Origin: Comamonadaceae bacterium
GTDB taxonomy: Bacteria > Pseudomonadota > Gammaproteobacteria > Burkholderiales > Burkholderiaceae_C
Direction of reading: 5' to 3'
NCBI GenBank assembly: GCA_947450255.1
Contig: CANFVA010000001.1
Span: forward strand, 339 to 64,338
Length of the DNA stretch: 64,000 bases
Shown: positions 24,485-35,275 of the stretch, piece after piece
Layout of the letters: each line of letters opens with the position of its first letter
Numbering within the stretch: the stretch's first letter is position 1
The notes under the pieces: model-generated
What the model was told of the DNA's origin: nothing
Seen by the model: the letters and a program-made list of their open reading frames with translations, nothing else
Database searches by the model: none
Position numbers and translations under genes: made by a program

Positions 24485-25386
24485 GGCACCTTGAATCTGG
24501 CAACGTTGTCTTGGGTATGTGTTTCTAAAGGAAAGACTGCGCCACGTAACAGCACCTCGGTGTGATCAGCGCGTCCGATCACCACAGTCAAGGGCAAATC
24601 ACCACCGACTTCAGCACTTTCAGCGCTGGCCAGGGTGCGTCGCAGCAGTACGCCGCCCTTGGCATCGGTAACTTCGATCCAGGTGCTGCCGCGCGCCTTG
24701 AACACAAGCACAGGCGACGTAGGCTTGGCCGCCGATGTGATGCGATCGGGCGCAACTGGCACGGGCGCCACCTCCGCTACGCTTGAAGCAGCCTGTGCAA
24801 GGGCGGCGCCAGGCGCAGACGAGGACTGGGCAGCGCCTTGCGCCACCACGGAAGCAGGCACCGCGGGCGTGGCCACCTCGCTGGCAGCCTGTCCTGGGTT
24901 ACGGTGGGGCGATTGCGCCACCTGCGGATAGAAATACAGCAAACCAGCCAGCACCAGCATGGCGGCGGTCAGCCACCAAACCGGCGCAATCGGAGCGCGT
25001 CCTTGGTGGCGCACCCTGAGTCTGCTTTCTTTGCTCAACCCACCCACCGATTCCTGCATGCCCGGCGCAGGCGTCTGCGCCTTGGGCTGGGGCAATTGGG
25101 CAAGTAGGGCCTGGGCATCCAGACCCAGCGTGCGCGCCACGCTGGCAACCATGGCGCGGCTGGTGGGCAAGTTGGCGCCTTGCTCCAACTGGTCATTTTC
25201 AAAGGCCTGCAAGCGCGGCACCGAAACTTTCAGGCGTGCAGACAAGGCCTCTAGCGACAGGCCCGCGGCCAGGCGCGCGCGCTGCAATTGCTGCCCCACA
25301 CTGGGCGGCATGGCCGCTGGCGGTAGCTCAGCAAGCTCGGAGGGCACGCGTAGACCGATGGTGGGTTCGTCGGCATCAGTCATCAA
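24481..25386 (-). CDS. rodZ: RodZ-like protein (HTH-TM-DUF4115)
   Basis: N-terminal HTH ([15 protein letters not shown]), TM helix, Ala/Pro linker, C-terminal WIEVTDA...VVIG domain; pilW-rodZ-ispG synteny. Confidence 0.85.
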   Translation of the reverse strand: MMTDADEPTIGLRVPSELAELPPAAMPPSVGQQLQRARLAAGLSLEALSARLKVSVPRLQAFENDQLEQGANLPTSRAMVASVARTLGLDAQALLAQLPQPKAQTPAPGMQESVGGLSKESRLRVRHQGRAPIAPVWWLTAAMLVLAGLLYFYPQVAQSPHRNPGQAASEVATPAVPASVVAQGAAQSSSAPGAALAQAASSVAEVAPVPVAPDRITSAAKPTSPVLVFKARGSTWIEVTDAKGGVLLRRTLASAESAEVGGDLPLTVVIGRADHTEVLLRGAVFPLETHTQDNVARFKVP

Positions 25387-26212
25387 ACACCTCTTTGTCG
25401 AGCAAACTTACTTCCCGCGACGGGGCAAAGCGCTTGCGCAATTGGGCACCCAGCAGCGTGACTTGCGCGCCGTCGCCGTTCTTGCGAGCCAATTTGATGC
25501 CCAGCCACAAGGTCTCGGCATTGGCCCATGGCGAAGCGTTGACCGGCACGATAAAAGATTGGGCCCTGGCGTAGTCACCCTGCTTGAATAAAAACAAGGC
25601 CAGGTTATAGCTCACAACCGGATTGTTGGGCTCGAATTGGTAGGCCGTGAGCAGGCTTTTTTCGGCATTAGCCGCCTGCCCGGCTTTGGCCTGGCACAGG
25701 CCCTGTGCCATGGAGGTTTTTGCACGGGCGTCATAGTTCGGGTTCGCCAACGCGGCAAAGAACATGGCCATCGCCTCGTTCATGCGGTTTTGCTGGCACA
25801 AAAACCAACCGTAATTGTGTCGTACTGCAGCGGCCTGCGGCTGCAGGGCCAGGGCTTTGCGAAACCCATCTTCGGCCAGCGTCGGTTCGTTCATACGCAT
25901 GTAAATCAAACCGCGCAAGTCATGGGCTTCGTACAAGCCTGCATCCGCAGCCAGGCTCTGCTTGACTGCGTCTAAGGCGAAGCTGTTCTTGCCGTCCGAA
26001 AAATACGTGGACGCCAATTCCAGGTACACACGCGCGCGCTTGCGCGCTTCGCTGTCATCGGCGTTGGTGCTCAGGTCCGTCCGACCCGCGCTTGCACAGG
26101 CCGCCAACACACACAGCATCAGCAAAGCCACCACCAGACGCACGCCAGACCAACCGCGAGCGGCACAGGCGCGAGCTGGATCGACCAAGGAGACCAGAGG
26201 TTCAGTCCACAT
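25376..26212 (-). CDS. pilW: Type IV pilus biogenesis TPR lipoprotein PilW/PilF
   Basis: Lipobox [26 protein letters not shown] repeats; follows rlmN; true start may be further downstream. Confidence 0.88.
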   Translation of the reverse strand: MWTEPLVSLVDPARACAARGWSGVRLVVALLMLCVLAACASAGRTDLSTNADDSEARKRARVYLELASTYFSDGKNSFALDAVKQSLAADAGLYEAHDLRGLIYMRMNEPTLAEDGFRKALALQPQAAAVRHNYGWFLCQQNRMNEAMAMFFAALANPNYDARAKTSMAQGLCQAKAGQAANAEKSLLTAYQFEPNNPVVSYNLALFLFKQGDYARAQSFIVPVNASPWANAETLWLGIKLARKNGDGAQVTLLGAQLRKRFAPSREVSLLDKEVFDD

Positions 26213-27359
26213 GCGACACCTCCACGCTTGCAGCTTCGCCCGCTACAAGCGCCTCACGCGCTTTGCGTTGGTCCAACCGCAGCATCACGCTGGTTCGGTC
26301 GCGCACCTCGCCAGCGAGCTGACCGCACGCCGCGTCGATATCGTCCCCGCGGGTTTTACGTACCGTGGTGATGATGCCTGCATCATTCAGGCTGCGGGCA
26401 AAAGCCGCCACCGCGGACGGCGTAGACCGGTGCAAGCCCGATGCGGGAAAGGGGTTAAACGGAATGAGATTGAGCTTGCACCAACCGGCGCGGCCATGGC
26501 CATAAGCGCGCAGCAGCGCAATCAAGGACTCAGCCATGGCTGGGGTGTCATTGACACCCTGCAACATACAGTACTCGAAAGTAATGAAGTCCCGCGGCGC
26601 CACCGCCAAATAGCGCTCACAGGCGCGCATGAGCTCATCGAGCGGGTATTTTTTGTTTAAGGGCACCAAGCCATCGCGCAGTGCATCCTGCGGCGCATGC
26701 AGAGACACTGCCAAGGCCACCGGACAATCCTGGCCCAGCCGATCCATGATGGGCACCATGCCCGAGGTCGATACCGTGACACGGCGGCGCGATAAGCCAT
26801 AGGCATGGTCATCGAGCATGGTGCGCAAGGCCGGTAGCAGCTCGCAATAGTTTTGTAGCGGCTCGCCCATGCCCATCATCACCACGTTAGAAATAATGCG
26901 TTCCTCGCGCCCCAGTTGTTTGCGCAAAAAATGCTCGGCAAACCAAAGCTGGGAGATGATTTCCCCTGCCGTCAGGTTGCGGCTAAAGCCCTGGTGCCCG
27001 GTGGAGCAAAAGCGGCAGGCCACGGCACAGCCGGCTTGAGAAGAAACGCACAGGGTGCCACGGTCTGCTTCAGGGATATAGACCGTCTCGATGGCATCGC
27101 CCGCGCCGACATCGAATAACCACTTGATGGTGCCGTCTGCCGACACATGCTGCGACACGACCGCAAGGGCTTTCACCTGGGCACTGGTTTTGAGCTTTTC
27201 GCGCAAGGACTTGGCCAGATCCGTCATGGCGTCAAAGTCGCTGGCGCCGCGTTGGTGTATCCAGCGGAATAACTGTACCGCCCGGAAACGCTTTTCCCCC
27301 AGGCCCTCGCAAAAACGGGCCAAAACCTCGAGGTCGTAGTCGAGTAGATTGGCCCGCAT
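26202..27359 (-). CDS. rlmN: Dual-specificity RNA methyltransferase RlmN (radical SAM)
   Basis: [30 protein letters not shown]. Confidence 0.97.
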   Translation of the reverse strand: MRANLLDYDLEVLARFCEGLGEKRFRAVQLFRWIHQRGASDFDAMTDLAKSLREKLKTSAQVKALAVVSQHVSADGTIKWLFDVGAGDAIETVYIPEADRGTLCVSSQAGCAVACRFCSTGHQGFSRNLTAGEIISQLWFAEHFLRKQLGREERIISNVVMMGMGEPLQNYCELLPALRTMLDDHAYGLSRRRVTVSTSGMVPIMDRLGQDCPVALAVSLHAPQDALRDGLVPLNKKYPLDELMRACERYLAVAPRDFITFEYCMLQGVNDTPAMAESLIALLRAYGHGRAGWCKLNLIPFNPFPASGLHRSTPSAVAAFARSLNDAGIITTVRKTRGDDIDAACGQLAGEVRDRTSVMLRLDQRKAREALVAGEAASVEVSHVD

Positions 27360-27367
27360 CGTCGGGT

Positions 27368-27793
27368 TTAGCGCGAGTAAATTTGCATACCGGGGAAGAA
27401 GAAGGCAATCTCCACCGCCGCGGTTTCCGGGGCATCTGAACCGTGTACCGCATTGGCGTCGATGCTAGCGGCAAAGTCGGCACGGATGGTGCCGGGGTTC
27501 GCTTTCTTGGGGTCGGTGGCACCCATCAGGTCACGGTTGGTCAAGATGGCATTGGAGCCTTCGAGCACCTGAATCATCACCGGACCGGAAATCATGAAAT
27601 CAACCAGATCCTTAAAGAAGGGACGCTCTTTGTGCACCGCGTAGAAGGCCTGGGCTTCGTCGCGCGAGAGGTGGGCCATACGGGCTGCGATCACTTTCAG
27701 TCCAGCGCCTTCGAATCGGGCGTAAATCTGACCGATCACATTTTTTGCCACTGCGTCGGGTTTGATGATGGAGAGCGTGCGTTCGATTGCCAT
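27368..27793 (-). CDS. ndk: Nucleoside diphosphate kinase
   Basis: [25 protein letters not shown]; extended -10 TGCTAAAAT at 27852-27860 on minus strand. Confidence 0.98.
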   Translation of the reverse strand: MAIERTLSIIKPDAVAKNVIGQIYARFEGAGLKVIAARMAHLSRDEAQAFYAVHKERPFFKDLVDFMISGPVMIQVLEGSNAILTNRDLMGATDPKKANPGTIRADFAASIDANAVHGSDAPETAAVEIAFFFPGMQIYSR

Positions 27794-27868
27794 AGTCTTA
27801 AGTAAACCTTAGTTTTGAATAATATTGCCACCCTGCGTGGCAAAACGCCCGATTTTAGCACCCGGCCT

Positions 27869-29203
27869 CTAGCGAGGCCGCCCTTTTCCCTTGGGGCCAA
27901 AGGGCATCGCGCCGGGCTTGCCGCCCTGCTGTTTACGCTGGCGCGTCAAACTGTCGGCTCCGATGTAGCCGACCGAGGTTTTTAAAGGGTCGGGCTGAGC
28001 GGTCGGCGCTTTGGGTCCAGCGGGCCGCGCTTTGCCCATGGGGCTTGGAAATTTTTGCTTGAGGGGCTTGTCCGATGGGTTGCCGCGAACCCCCCGGGCG
28101 CCAAAGGGACCGCGCACTTTGGCGCGGGCGCCCCTGCCCGACCCGTTGCGCTCGGGCCGGGCGAGCACCGGTGCACCAACGACACCGGACGGGCCACTGG
28201 CCGCCTGCGTCAGCGCGCGGATATCCGATTCTTCCAACTCCATCCAAGCGCCACGCTTGAGTCCGCGCGGCAACAACATGGCGCCATAGCGGATTCGGAT
28301 CAAGCGGCTGACGGCATGGCCCACCGCCTCGATCATGCGGCGCACTTCGCGGTTACGCCCCTCAGAAATGGTGACACGGTACCAACAATTACTACCTTCG
28401 CCGCCGCCGTCTTGGATGCTGCCAAATTGGGCCACGCCGTCATCGAGCCGTACACCATCGAGCAGCAGATGCTTTTCGTCTCGGCTCAGTGCCCCCAAGA
28501 CCCGGACCGCATATTCGCGCTCCAAACCAAAACGCGGGTGCATCAACTGGTTTGCCAATTCGCCCGAGCTGGTAAAGAGCAACAGACCTTCGGTGTTGAG
28601 GTCCAGCCGGCCAACCGATTGCCACTTGCCTTGCTGTAGTTTCGGAAGGCGCCGAAATACCGTGGGTCGGTTTTGCGGATCGTCGTGCGTCACCACTTCA
28701 CCGACCGGCTTGTGATAGGCGATTACGCGCGCAGGCGGCGGGTCAATGCGAAAGCGCACCGGTTTGCCGTTGACCTTGATCTGATCGCCAAACTGGATAC
28801 GCTGGCCGATATGCGCGGGCTCGTTATTGACCGAAATCCGGCCTTCCAAGATCAGGCGCTCCATTTCCAGGCGCGAACCCATCCCCGATTGCGCCAATAT
28901 CTTGTGCAACTTGGGTGTTTCGGCCTGCGGCTGCAAGATACGTCGGGGCTCGGGAGCGATCGCACCTGCGTCTTCGCTATCAAATGCGCCCGACACCACG
29001 GCGTCAAACAAAGTAGCCACTGCGGGGGCAGTGGCGTGCGAGGGCGCCTCAAACGGTGCTGCGGCTGCGGTCAGCGCGGCGTCGACTGGCCGATTTTCGG
29101 CGCTCTGGTGCTCCGTGGCCGCGTGCTGCTGGGCCGCGCTGGCATCAACGGTCAAGGTATCTTGCGCCTTGGGTGGGATCACGGTAATGGGCCTCCTGGG
29201 CAA
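27869..29203 (-). CDS. rluB: 23S rRNA pseudouridine synthase RluB-like
   Basis: S4 domain (KLHKILAQSGMGSR), GRLDLNTEGLLL, EGRNREVRR, basic low-complexity tail. Confidence 0.92.
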   Translation of the reverse strand: MPRRPITVIPPKAQDTLTVDASAAQQHAATEHQSAENRPVDAALTAAAAPFEAPSHATAPAVATLFDAVVSGAFDSEDAGAIAPEPRRILQPQAETPKLHKILAQSGMGSRLEMERLILEGRISVNNEPAHIGQRIQFGDQIKVNGKPVRFRIDPPPARVIAYHKPVGEVVTHDDPQNRPTVFRRLPKLQQGKWQSVGRLDLNTEGLLLFTSSGELANQLMHPRFGLEREYAVRVLGALSRDEKHLLLDGVRLDDGVAQFGSIQDGGGEGSNCWYRVTISEGRNREVRRMIEAVGHAVSRLIRIRYGAMLLPRGLKRGAWMELEESDIRALTQAASGPSGVVGAPVLARPERNGSGRGARAKVRGPFGARGVRGNPSDKPLKQKFPSPMGKARPAGPKAPTAQPDPLKTSVGYIGADSLTRQRKQQGGKPGAMPFGPKGKGRPR

Positions 29204-29206
29204 TGC

Positions 29207-29899
29207 TCAAGCGGGGTTGAGGGGCGGGGCTGGTTCTGGGAAGGTGCCGTCTTGGGGCACATGCAAGGCCAGTGTTTGGGTGTCCGCATCCTGGTCGGTT
29301 TGGGACTGTTCAGGCGCTGACAATAGCAATTCGGCGTTCGGGCTGGCACCGGCCACGGCGTCTGCCAGCATTTCCACATTGGCCTGGCCCATCGCTTCCA
29401 AGGGCGGCAAATCGCCCAAACTGGACAAGCCCAGGTCGTCTAAAAATTGCTTGGTGGTCGCAAACAAGGCGGGCCGGCCCGGCGCTTCGCGGTGTCCAAT
29501 GACCTCGACCCATCCCCGGTCTTCGAGTTGTTTGAGCAAAAGGGAATTGATGGTCACGCCACGGATGTCTTCCATGTCGCCACGGGTGACCGGCTGCCGG
29601 TAGGCGATGATGGCCAAAGTTTCCAAAGTGGCACGGGTGTAGCGCGGCGGCTTTTCCGGGTGCAAGCGGTCAAGGTATTCACGCATCTGCGGCCGGCTCT
29701 GGAAACGCCAGCCCGTAGCTACCTGCACGAGCTCAATCCCTTTGTCTTCCCATTCGGTTTCCAATTGCGCCAGTAGCGCGCGGATTTCCTCTTCGTCCAA
29801 GGTGTCCTGCAACAAGCTAGCCATATCGCGCAGGGTCAGGGCTTGTTGTCCGCACAATAGTGCGGTTTCCAGGATTCGCAAAGCGTGGGCCATAGTCAT
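29207..29899 (-). CDS. scpB: SMC-Scp complex subunit ScpB
   Basis: [43 protein letters not shown]. Confidence 0.95.
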   Translation of the reverse strand: MTMAHALRILETALLCGQQALTLRDMASLLQDTLDEEEIRALLAQLETEWEDKGIELVQVATGWRFQSRPQMREYLDRLHPEKPPRYTRATLETLAIIAYRQPVTRGDMEDIRGVTINSLLLKQLEDRGWVEVIGHREAPGRPALFATTKQFLDDLGLSSLGDLPPLEAMGQANVEMLADAVAGASPNAELLLSAPEQSQTDQDADTQTLALHVPQDGTFPEPAPPLNPA

Positions 29900-30009
29900 T
29901 GTTCAAATAGCGAGACGAATTGGGTTTTCATTGAGGGCGCGAAAACCCATGTTCTGGAACCACAAAGCGGCTGCTCCAGAGGGCAGCGCGGGTTCGAGCG
30001 CCAAAGCGC

Positions 30010-31032
30010 CTAGAGAGGAGCGGCATTGTAACGAAGGCCCCAGTCGCCAAGCAGCGCCGCCAAATCCGGGGGCAAAGGGCTCTCAAAGGCAAGTGGCGCA
30101 CCAGTAACGGGGTGGGCGAAAGCCAATCGAAAAGCGTGCAGTGCCTGGCGTACAAGCCCAGCGACTGTGGGTCCCCCGTATACCGAATCGCCCAACAAAG
30201 GGTGTCCCATGGACGCCATGTGCACCCGGATTTGGTGCGTGCGTCCGGTATGCAGCACGCAGTGCACCAGACAGCCTTGGGCGACCTGCCCTAGCAGGTA
30301 GAAATCGGTTTGCGCCGATTTGCCCGCCGTTGTGGCCAAATCCACGACGGCCATGCGCAATCGGTTACGCGGGTCCCGGCCAATGGGCAATTGCACGGTT
30401 TGGAACTTGGCACCGCGCCAGGGGCCTTTTGCCAAAGCCAGGTATTGGCGGTGCATGCTGCGGGCGGCAATGGCCTGGACCAAGGCATCCATCGCCTGGC
30501 GTGTGCGCGCCACGACCATCAGGCCACTGGTGTCTTTATCTAAACGATGGACGATGCCGGCGCGCGGCACCTGGGCCAAGCTCGGGTCCATGGCCAAAAG
30601 GCCATTGAGCAAGGTACCACTCCAATTTCCCGGCGCCGGGTGTACCACCAACCCTGCAGGCTTGTTTACCACATAGACCTGGGCATCCTGGTACACGACC
30701 TGCAAGTCCATGGCCTGCGGGGCAAAGGCCTGGCTTTGCGCAGTAGGGCGCAATTCCAATTGCAACACGTCCCCGACCTTGAGCTTGGCAGCCTGTTTGC
30801 GAAGTGGCACGCCATTGACGCAGATGCTCCCCGCATCAATCAGTTGTTGGAGGTAGCTGCGAGAAAATTCCGGAACGACCTGCGCCAGCACTTTGTCCAG
30901 CCGCTGACCGTGCAGTTGCGTCTCGACGCGCAGCGCGCGCAGCTCGACCCCGTGCACAAATAAGTCTTCGCCATCGTCTAGCGACCCTGACTCGGCAGGG
31001 GTGCTCGATATAATCGCTTGGGCTTGTTCCAC
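30010..31032 (-). CDS. rluD: 23S rRNA pseudouridine(1911/1915/1917) synthase
   Basis: S4 domain (QRLDKVLA..FSRSYLQ), NKPAGLVVHP, HRLDKDTSG, TGRTHQIRVH; start uncertain (GTG 31032 used). Confidence 0.93.
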   Translation of the reverse strand: MEQAQAIISSTPAESGSLDDGEDLFVHGVELRALRVETQLHGQRLDKVLAQVVPEFSRSYLQQLIDAGSICVNGVPLRKQAAKLKVGDVLQLELRPTAQSQAFAPQAMDLQVVYQDAQVYVVNKPAGLVVHPAPGNWSGTLLNGLLAMDPSLAQVPRAGIVHRLDKDTSGLMVVARTRQAMDALVQAIAARSMHRQYLALAKGPWRGAKFQTVQLPIGRDPRNRLRMAVVDLATTAGKSAQTDFYLLGQVAQGCLVHCVLHTGRTHQIRVHMASMGHPLLGDSVYGGPTVAGLVRQALHAFRLAFAHPVTGAPLAFESPLPPDLAALLGDWGLRYNAAPL

Positions 31033-31045
31033 GAAAGTTTTTACC

Positions 31046-31906
31046 ATGTTGAGCGTCAAATTATCGGTTGTTTACTCGGTGCTTTTGGCTCTGACATTGG
31101 GTTTATTGGGCGCGTGCTCGACCACACCCGAAGATAAAACGGCCGGCTTGAGCCCCGATAAGTTGTACAGCGAAGCGCGGGACATGATGGATACAGGCCT
31201 ATGGGACAAGGCGATTCCGTACTTGGAAAAGCTCGAGGCGCGGGCCGCCGGCACACCGTTGGCCCAACAAGCCCAAGTGGACAAGGCCTATGCCCAATAC
31301 AAGTCCGGCGAAAAAGCCCAGGCACTCGCCACACTAGAGCGCTTTATGCGGCTGCACCCCGCCAGCCCGGCCCTGGACTATGCGCTTTACCTCAAAGGAC
31401 TGTGTGACTTCAATGAAAACCTCGGTATTTTTGGGGCCTACACCGGCCAAGACTTGGCCGAACGCGACCAGAAGGCGGCTAAAGAATCATTCGAATCATT
31501 CAAGGAGTTGAGCAGCCGGTTTCCGCAATCGCGCTACACCCCGGATGCGCTTTTGCGCATGCGTTACATCGTTCAGATGCTGGCCAAGAACGAAGTATTT
31601 GTTGCCAAGTACTATTTCAAGCGCGGCGCGTATGTGGCAGCCCTGAATCGGGCGCAAACCGCCGTGACCGATTACCGCGATGCACCGGCAGTAGAGGAAG
31701 CGCTTTACCTGATCTACAGGTCCTACGAAGCGCTGGGTATGGCGCAATTGAGCGACGATGCTAAGCGTGTTTTAGAAGCCTCTTACCCGGGTAGCGCATT
31801 TCTCAACCCCAACGCGAAAAAGGACACGCAGAGCTGGCTCGATCTCAACAAGCTCAATCCCACCAAGCTCGATTGGAGTTTTCCAAATTTCAGCGGGTCA
31901 AAGTAA
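31046..31906 (+). CDS. bamD: Outer membrane protein assembly lipoprotein BamD
   Basis: Lipobox LGAC, TPR repeats (DYALYLKGL, RFPQSRY, YYFKRGAYVAA); divergent from rluD; TATAAT at 31009-31014. Confidence 0.95.
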   Translation: MLSVKLSVVYSVLLALTLGLLGACSTTPEDKTAGLSPDKLYSEARDMMDTGLWDKAIPYLEKLEARAAGTPLAQQAQVDKAYAQYKSGEKAQALATLERFMRLHPASPALDYALYLKGLCDFNENLGIFGAYTGQDLAERDQKAAKESFESFKELSSRFPQSRYTPDALLRMRYIVQMLAKNEVFVAKYYFKRGAYVAALNRAQTAVTDYRDAPAVEEALYLIYRSYEALGMAQLSDDAKRVLEASYPGSAFLNPNAKKDTQSWLDLNKLNPTKLDWSFPNFSGSK

Positions 31907-31946
31907 AGTCCAATCAATTTCAAATGACGGTGGGGCGCTAGCCGCG

Positions 31947-33965
31947 TTAGGCTGAGCGAGCATTGTGCAAGTCCGCTAAAGCATCCAGCCACTGCTGCCT
32001 ATCGGCCAAGCGGCGCATAGGCGGCAAGCCCGCCAACAGCTTTTTGCCATAGCCTTTTTGCACCAGGCGCGGATCGCACACAACGAGGACGCCGCGGTCG
32101 CTTTCGCTTCGAATCAGGCGACCTGCACCTTGCTTGAGGGCCAAGGCTGCTTGGGGGAGATGCAATGTTTTGAAAGCGTTCCCCCCCGATTGCGCCAGCG
32201 CAAGGCTGCGCGCCTGAAGCAAGGGATCATCCGGTGGCGCAAACGGCAATTTATCGATCACTAGCAATTGCAAGGCGTCTCCCGTAATATCGACACCCTC
32301 CCAAAACGAAGCCGTCGCTACCAACACCTTGCCGCAACCATCGGTGCCCAGCCCCGACCCTAGGGCAACATGCGCCCCTGCGAAATTCTCTAGCAACAAG
32401 CGTTTTGCGTATTGGCCCTGCACCAAAACTTCGATACCTGTGTCATGCAATTGTGCTTGTAGCTGCCGCGCAATAGCGCGCATGGCCTTCAGGGTGGTGG
32501 TCAAAACCATGGTGCGCCCAACCAGAATGCGCGCGCCTTGGGCAACCAATGCGGCCACTGCGCTACTCGGCTCAGGGCCATCCAGGTCCGCTCCGGTGGG
32601 CACATACAGCGCCGCTTGGCGTCCGTAATCAAAGGGGCTGGGCACTTGCAATACGGTGTGCCCTTCCAATCCGCATTGGTCAGCAAACCAACTCAGTTGC
32701 GGGTCGGTTCCCAAAGTGGCAGAAGTGAAAATCCAAGACTTTCCGGTTTGTGCGGTACTGCCATCTGCGCCCGGCAACATCGCACGCATGTGCGCCGCTA
32801 TCGTAAGCGGCGCCTGGTGCAAGCCCAGGCCATTGCCGCATTCCAGCCAGCGCAATTGGTCAGCAGGTCGGGCTTGTGCGAACGCCAGCAAGCTATCGTG
32901 CAAATCCTGGCATCGCTGCGCCACCGCCGCCACTTGCGGCCAGGCCAGCTCTAAGGAACGGCTCACTTCCAACGCTTGCGCAAGTACCCGTAGCAACGTC
33001 CCTGTACCTGCCTCCCACGCGCCAGGCGCGATGGCCTCGGGTACAGCCTCGGTCCACGCCCGGCGCGGCTGCGGGGCGGTCGTAAACACCAATTCCTGTA
33101 ATGTCTTCGCCGCCTGCGCCAGATCAGCAGCCAATCCCAGCCAGTCGGCCAAACCTCTGGCAGGTCCACTGTTGTGCGCCGCCAGGGCCTGGGCCAGCGA
33201 CTGGGCCTGGCTCGTGCTCCAGCGCCGACCCAAAAACTGCACACCGATTTCACTGAGCTGGTGCGCCTCGTCGAATATCACGCTACGCACGCTGGGCAGC
33301 AGCTCGGCAACGCCCGAGGCGCGCACTTGTGCATCGGCAAAAAACAGGTGGTGGTTGACGACGACAAGTTCCGCTTGAAGCGCGCGCTGGCGGGCTTGCA
33401 AAGTGTGGCAGTTGCCTATCTGGGGACAGCTCGCGCCTAGACAGTTTTCTCTGGTGGACGTTACCAACCCTGCCAGCGCAATATGGTCTTGCAACGCCCC
33501 TAGCTCGGCGATATCGCCTTCGACCGTACTTTGGGCCCAATTTCGGGCAGCCTCCAACAAGTCCAGATCTTGCGCTGAAATATCATATGCGGCTTGGTGC
33601 GCGATCGATAAGCGCTGAGTGCATACATAGCTGCTGCGCCCTTTGAGCAGCGCCATGCGAACCGGGAAACCCAAAGCCTGTGCAAGCCGTGGTAGGTCAC
33701 GTAAAAAAAGTTGTTCCTGCAGCGTCTTAGTGGCAGTAGAAATAATGACCTTTTCCCCGCTAAGCAAAGCGGGAACCAAATAGGCCAAGGTTTTGCCAAC
33801 GCCGGTGCCTGCTTCTACTGCGAGCACCCCACCCTCGTCGATGGCTTTGGCGACCGCATGGGCCATTGCTTGTTGGCCGGCCCGAAAGCGAAAGCCTTCC
33901 AGCGTTCTGGCCAGCACACCGTGGGTCGAAAACGCAGACTCCACGGCTTGGATAAGGCCGGTCAT
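31947..33965 (-). CDS. DinG/YoaA-family Fe-S ATP-dependent DNA helicase
   Basis: EAGTGVGKT, four Cys (YVC...CLGASC...C), VVVNHHL, DEAH, SFWEGVD, QGAGRLIR. Confidence 0.92.
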   Translation of the reverse strand: MTGLIQAVESAFSTHGVLARTLEGFRFRAGQQAMAHAVAKAIDEGGVLAVEAGTGVGKTLAYLVPALLSGEKVIISTATKTLQEQLFLRDLPRLAQALGFPVRMALLKGRSSYVCTQRLSIAHQAAYDISAQDLDLLEAARNWAQSTVEGDIAELGALQDHIALAGLVTSTRENCLGASCPQIGNCHTLQARQRALQAELVVVNHHLFFADAQVRASGVAELLPSVRSVIFDEAHQLSEIGVQFLGRRWSTSQAQSLAQALAAHNSGPARGLADWLGLAADLAQAAKTLQELVFTTAPQPRRAWTEAVPEAIAPGAWEAGTGTLLRVLAQALEVSRSLELAWPQVAAVAQRCQDLHDSLLAFAQARPADQLRWLECGNGLGLHQAPLTIAAHMRAMLPGADGSTAQTGKSWIFTSATLGTDPQLSWFADQCGLEGHTVLQVPSPFDYGRQAALYVPTGADLDGPEPSSAVAALVAQGARILVGRTMVLTTTLKAMRAIARQLQAQLHDTGIEVLVQGQYAKRLLLENFAGAHVALGSGLGTDGCGKVLVATASFWEGVDITGDALQLLVIDKLPFAPPDDPLLQARSLALAQSGGNAFKTLHLPQAALALKQGAGRLIRSESDRGVLVVCDPRLVQKGYGKKLLAGLPPMRRLADRQQWLDALADLHNARSA

Positions 33966-34094
33966 CGCCTAGTAGGCCAAACAGCCAACAGCCAGGGCCC
34001 AGGTCCAGAGCTCATGCAATATCCCGCCCGCAGTGTGATGCCAGCGAAGGCCTGCGTCGACCCAACATTTGCGCAGCGCCCGCAGACCAAGCCA

Positions 34095-35192
34095 TCACGT
34101 CAGCCCCGTATCCACTTTGCGTCTCTCGCGATCTAGAAACTGTGGGGTCTGCATTTCATTGAGGCGCGATACCGTACGAGGAAATTCATGCGCCAGAGGA
34201 CCTTCGGTATAAAGCGCCTCTGGCCGCACTTGCGCAGAGATTATCAATTTGACATGCCGGTCATAGAGTACGTCCACCAGCCAAGTAAAACGCCTAGCTT
34301 CGGCATTGCGATTGACCGGCATGTGGGGAACATCGCTGAGTAATACAGTATGGAATTGGCTCGCAATTTCTAGGTAGTCGTTTTGCGAGCGTGGCCCGCC
34401 ACACAATTCTTTGAAATCAAACCATACCACCCCACCGGCGCGCCGGCGGGCGTAGATGCTGCGCTGTTCAATGCGCAATGTCCGTTCACCGTCCTGGGCT
34501 TCGGCCAAGCGGGAGAAGGCTTGGGCCATGGCCTCGTCGGCTACCGGGCCGTTCGGTACATGGTACAAGTCCAGCGCGCCCAATGCCTGACGGCGGTAGT
34601 CCACGCCGTTGTCCACATTGATCACCTGCATGTGCTGGTTCAAAAATTCAATGGCACCCAGCACCCGGTCGCGGTGCATACCACCAGGGTAGAGATCATC
34701 GGGCTTGAAATTCGAGGTGGTAACAAAACCGACCTCATGCCGGTGCAAGGCCTCGAGTAGGCGGTGCAATATCAAGGCATCGGTAATCTCGGCGACATGA
34801 AACTCGTCAAAACAAATCAACTTGTAACGGTGGGCGATACGTTCTCCCAGCACATCCAGAGGGTTCGCCGTGCCTTGCAAATCATGCAGCTCCCTATGCA
34901 CTTCGCGCATAAATTCATGAAAATGCAGACGCACTTTGCGCTTGAGCGTTAGCGCTTCGAAAAAGCAGTCCATCAAGAAACTCTTGCCCCGGCCAACGCC
35001 GCCGTACAAATACACACCCTTAGGGATGGCTGGATGGTGGATCAGTTTTTTGAGGGAATTGCCACGCTTTTCTTTGTAAATCGCCCACGCGTGCGCACAT
35101 TCCTCCAAGGCCTGAAGCGCGCGCAGCTGCGCGGGATCGCTTTGAAACCCTCGGGCAGACAATTCTTTCCGGTAGTAGTCGTGTACTGACAT
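34095..35192 (-). CDS. zapE: AFG1/ZapE-family ATPase
   Basis: Walker A GGVGRGKS, HFHEFM, Walker B CFDEF, ARRFTWLVDVLYD, RTVSRLNEM. Confidence 0.92.
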   Translation of the reverse strand: MSVHDYYRKELSARGFQSDPAQLRALQALEECAHAWAIYKEKRGNSLKKLIHHPAIPKGVYLYGGVGRGKSFLMDCFFEALTLKRKVRLHFHEFMREVHRELHDLQGTANPLDVLGERIAHRYKLICFDEFHVAEITDALILHRLLEALHRHEVGFVTTSNFKPDDLYPGGMHRDRVLGAIEFLNQHMQVINVDNGVDYRRQALGALDLYHVPNGPVADEAMAQAFSRLAEAQDGERTLRIEQRSIYARRRAGGVVWFDFKELCGGPRSQNDYLEIASQFHTVLLSDVPHMPVNRNAEARRFTWLVDVLYDRHVKLIISAQVRPEALYTEGPLAHEFPRTVSRLNEMQTPQFLDRERRKVDTGLT

Positions 35193-35275
35193 TGCAGGCG
35201 CTATTGTGCCTTGCACAGCGCGCACGGGCCAACTGTGAAAAACCCAGGTAGCAGCCGGTCAGCGCAAGCGCAGCG

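Noticed and set aside
23210-24565. 451-aa ORF antisense to ispG, and similar long antisense ORFs (5484-6536, 58282-59481, 59524-60573, 61767-62732)
   Set aside because: Shadow ORFs expected from GC-rich codon bias opposite conserved genes; no recognisable motifs or RBS.
27825-27843. TTGCCAC-N5-GTGGCAA hairpin in the ndk leader
   Set aside because: Short, with no U-tract or alternative structure; not enough to call an attenuator or operator.
31800-31906. BamD C-terminal extension with weak LNP repeats
   Set aside because: Short degenerate similarity; variable BamD tails are common.
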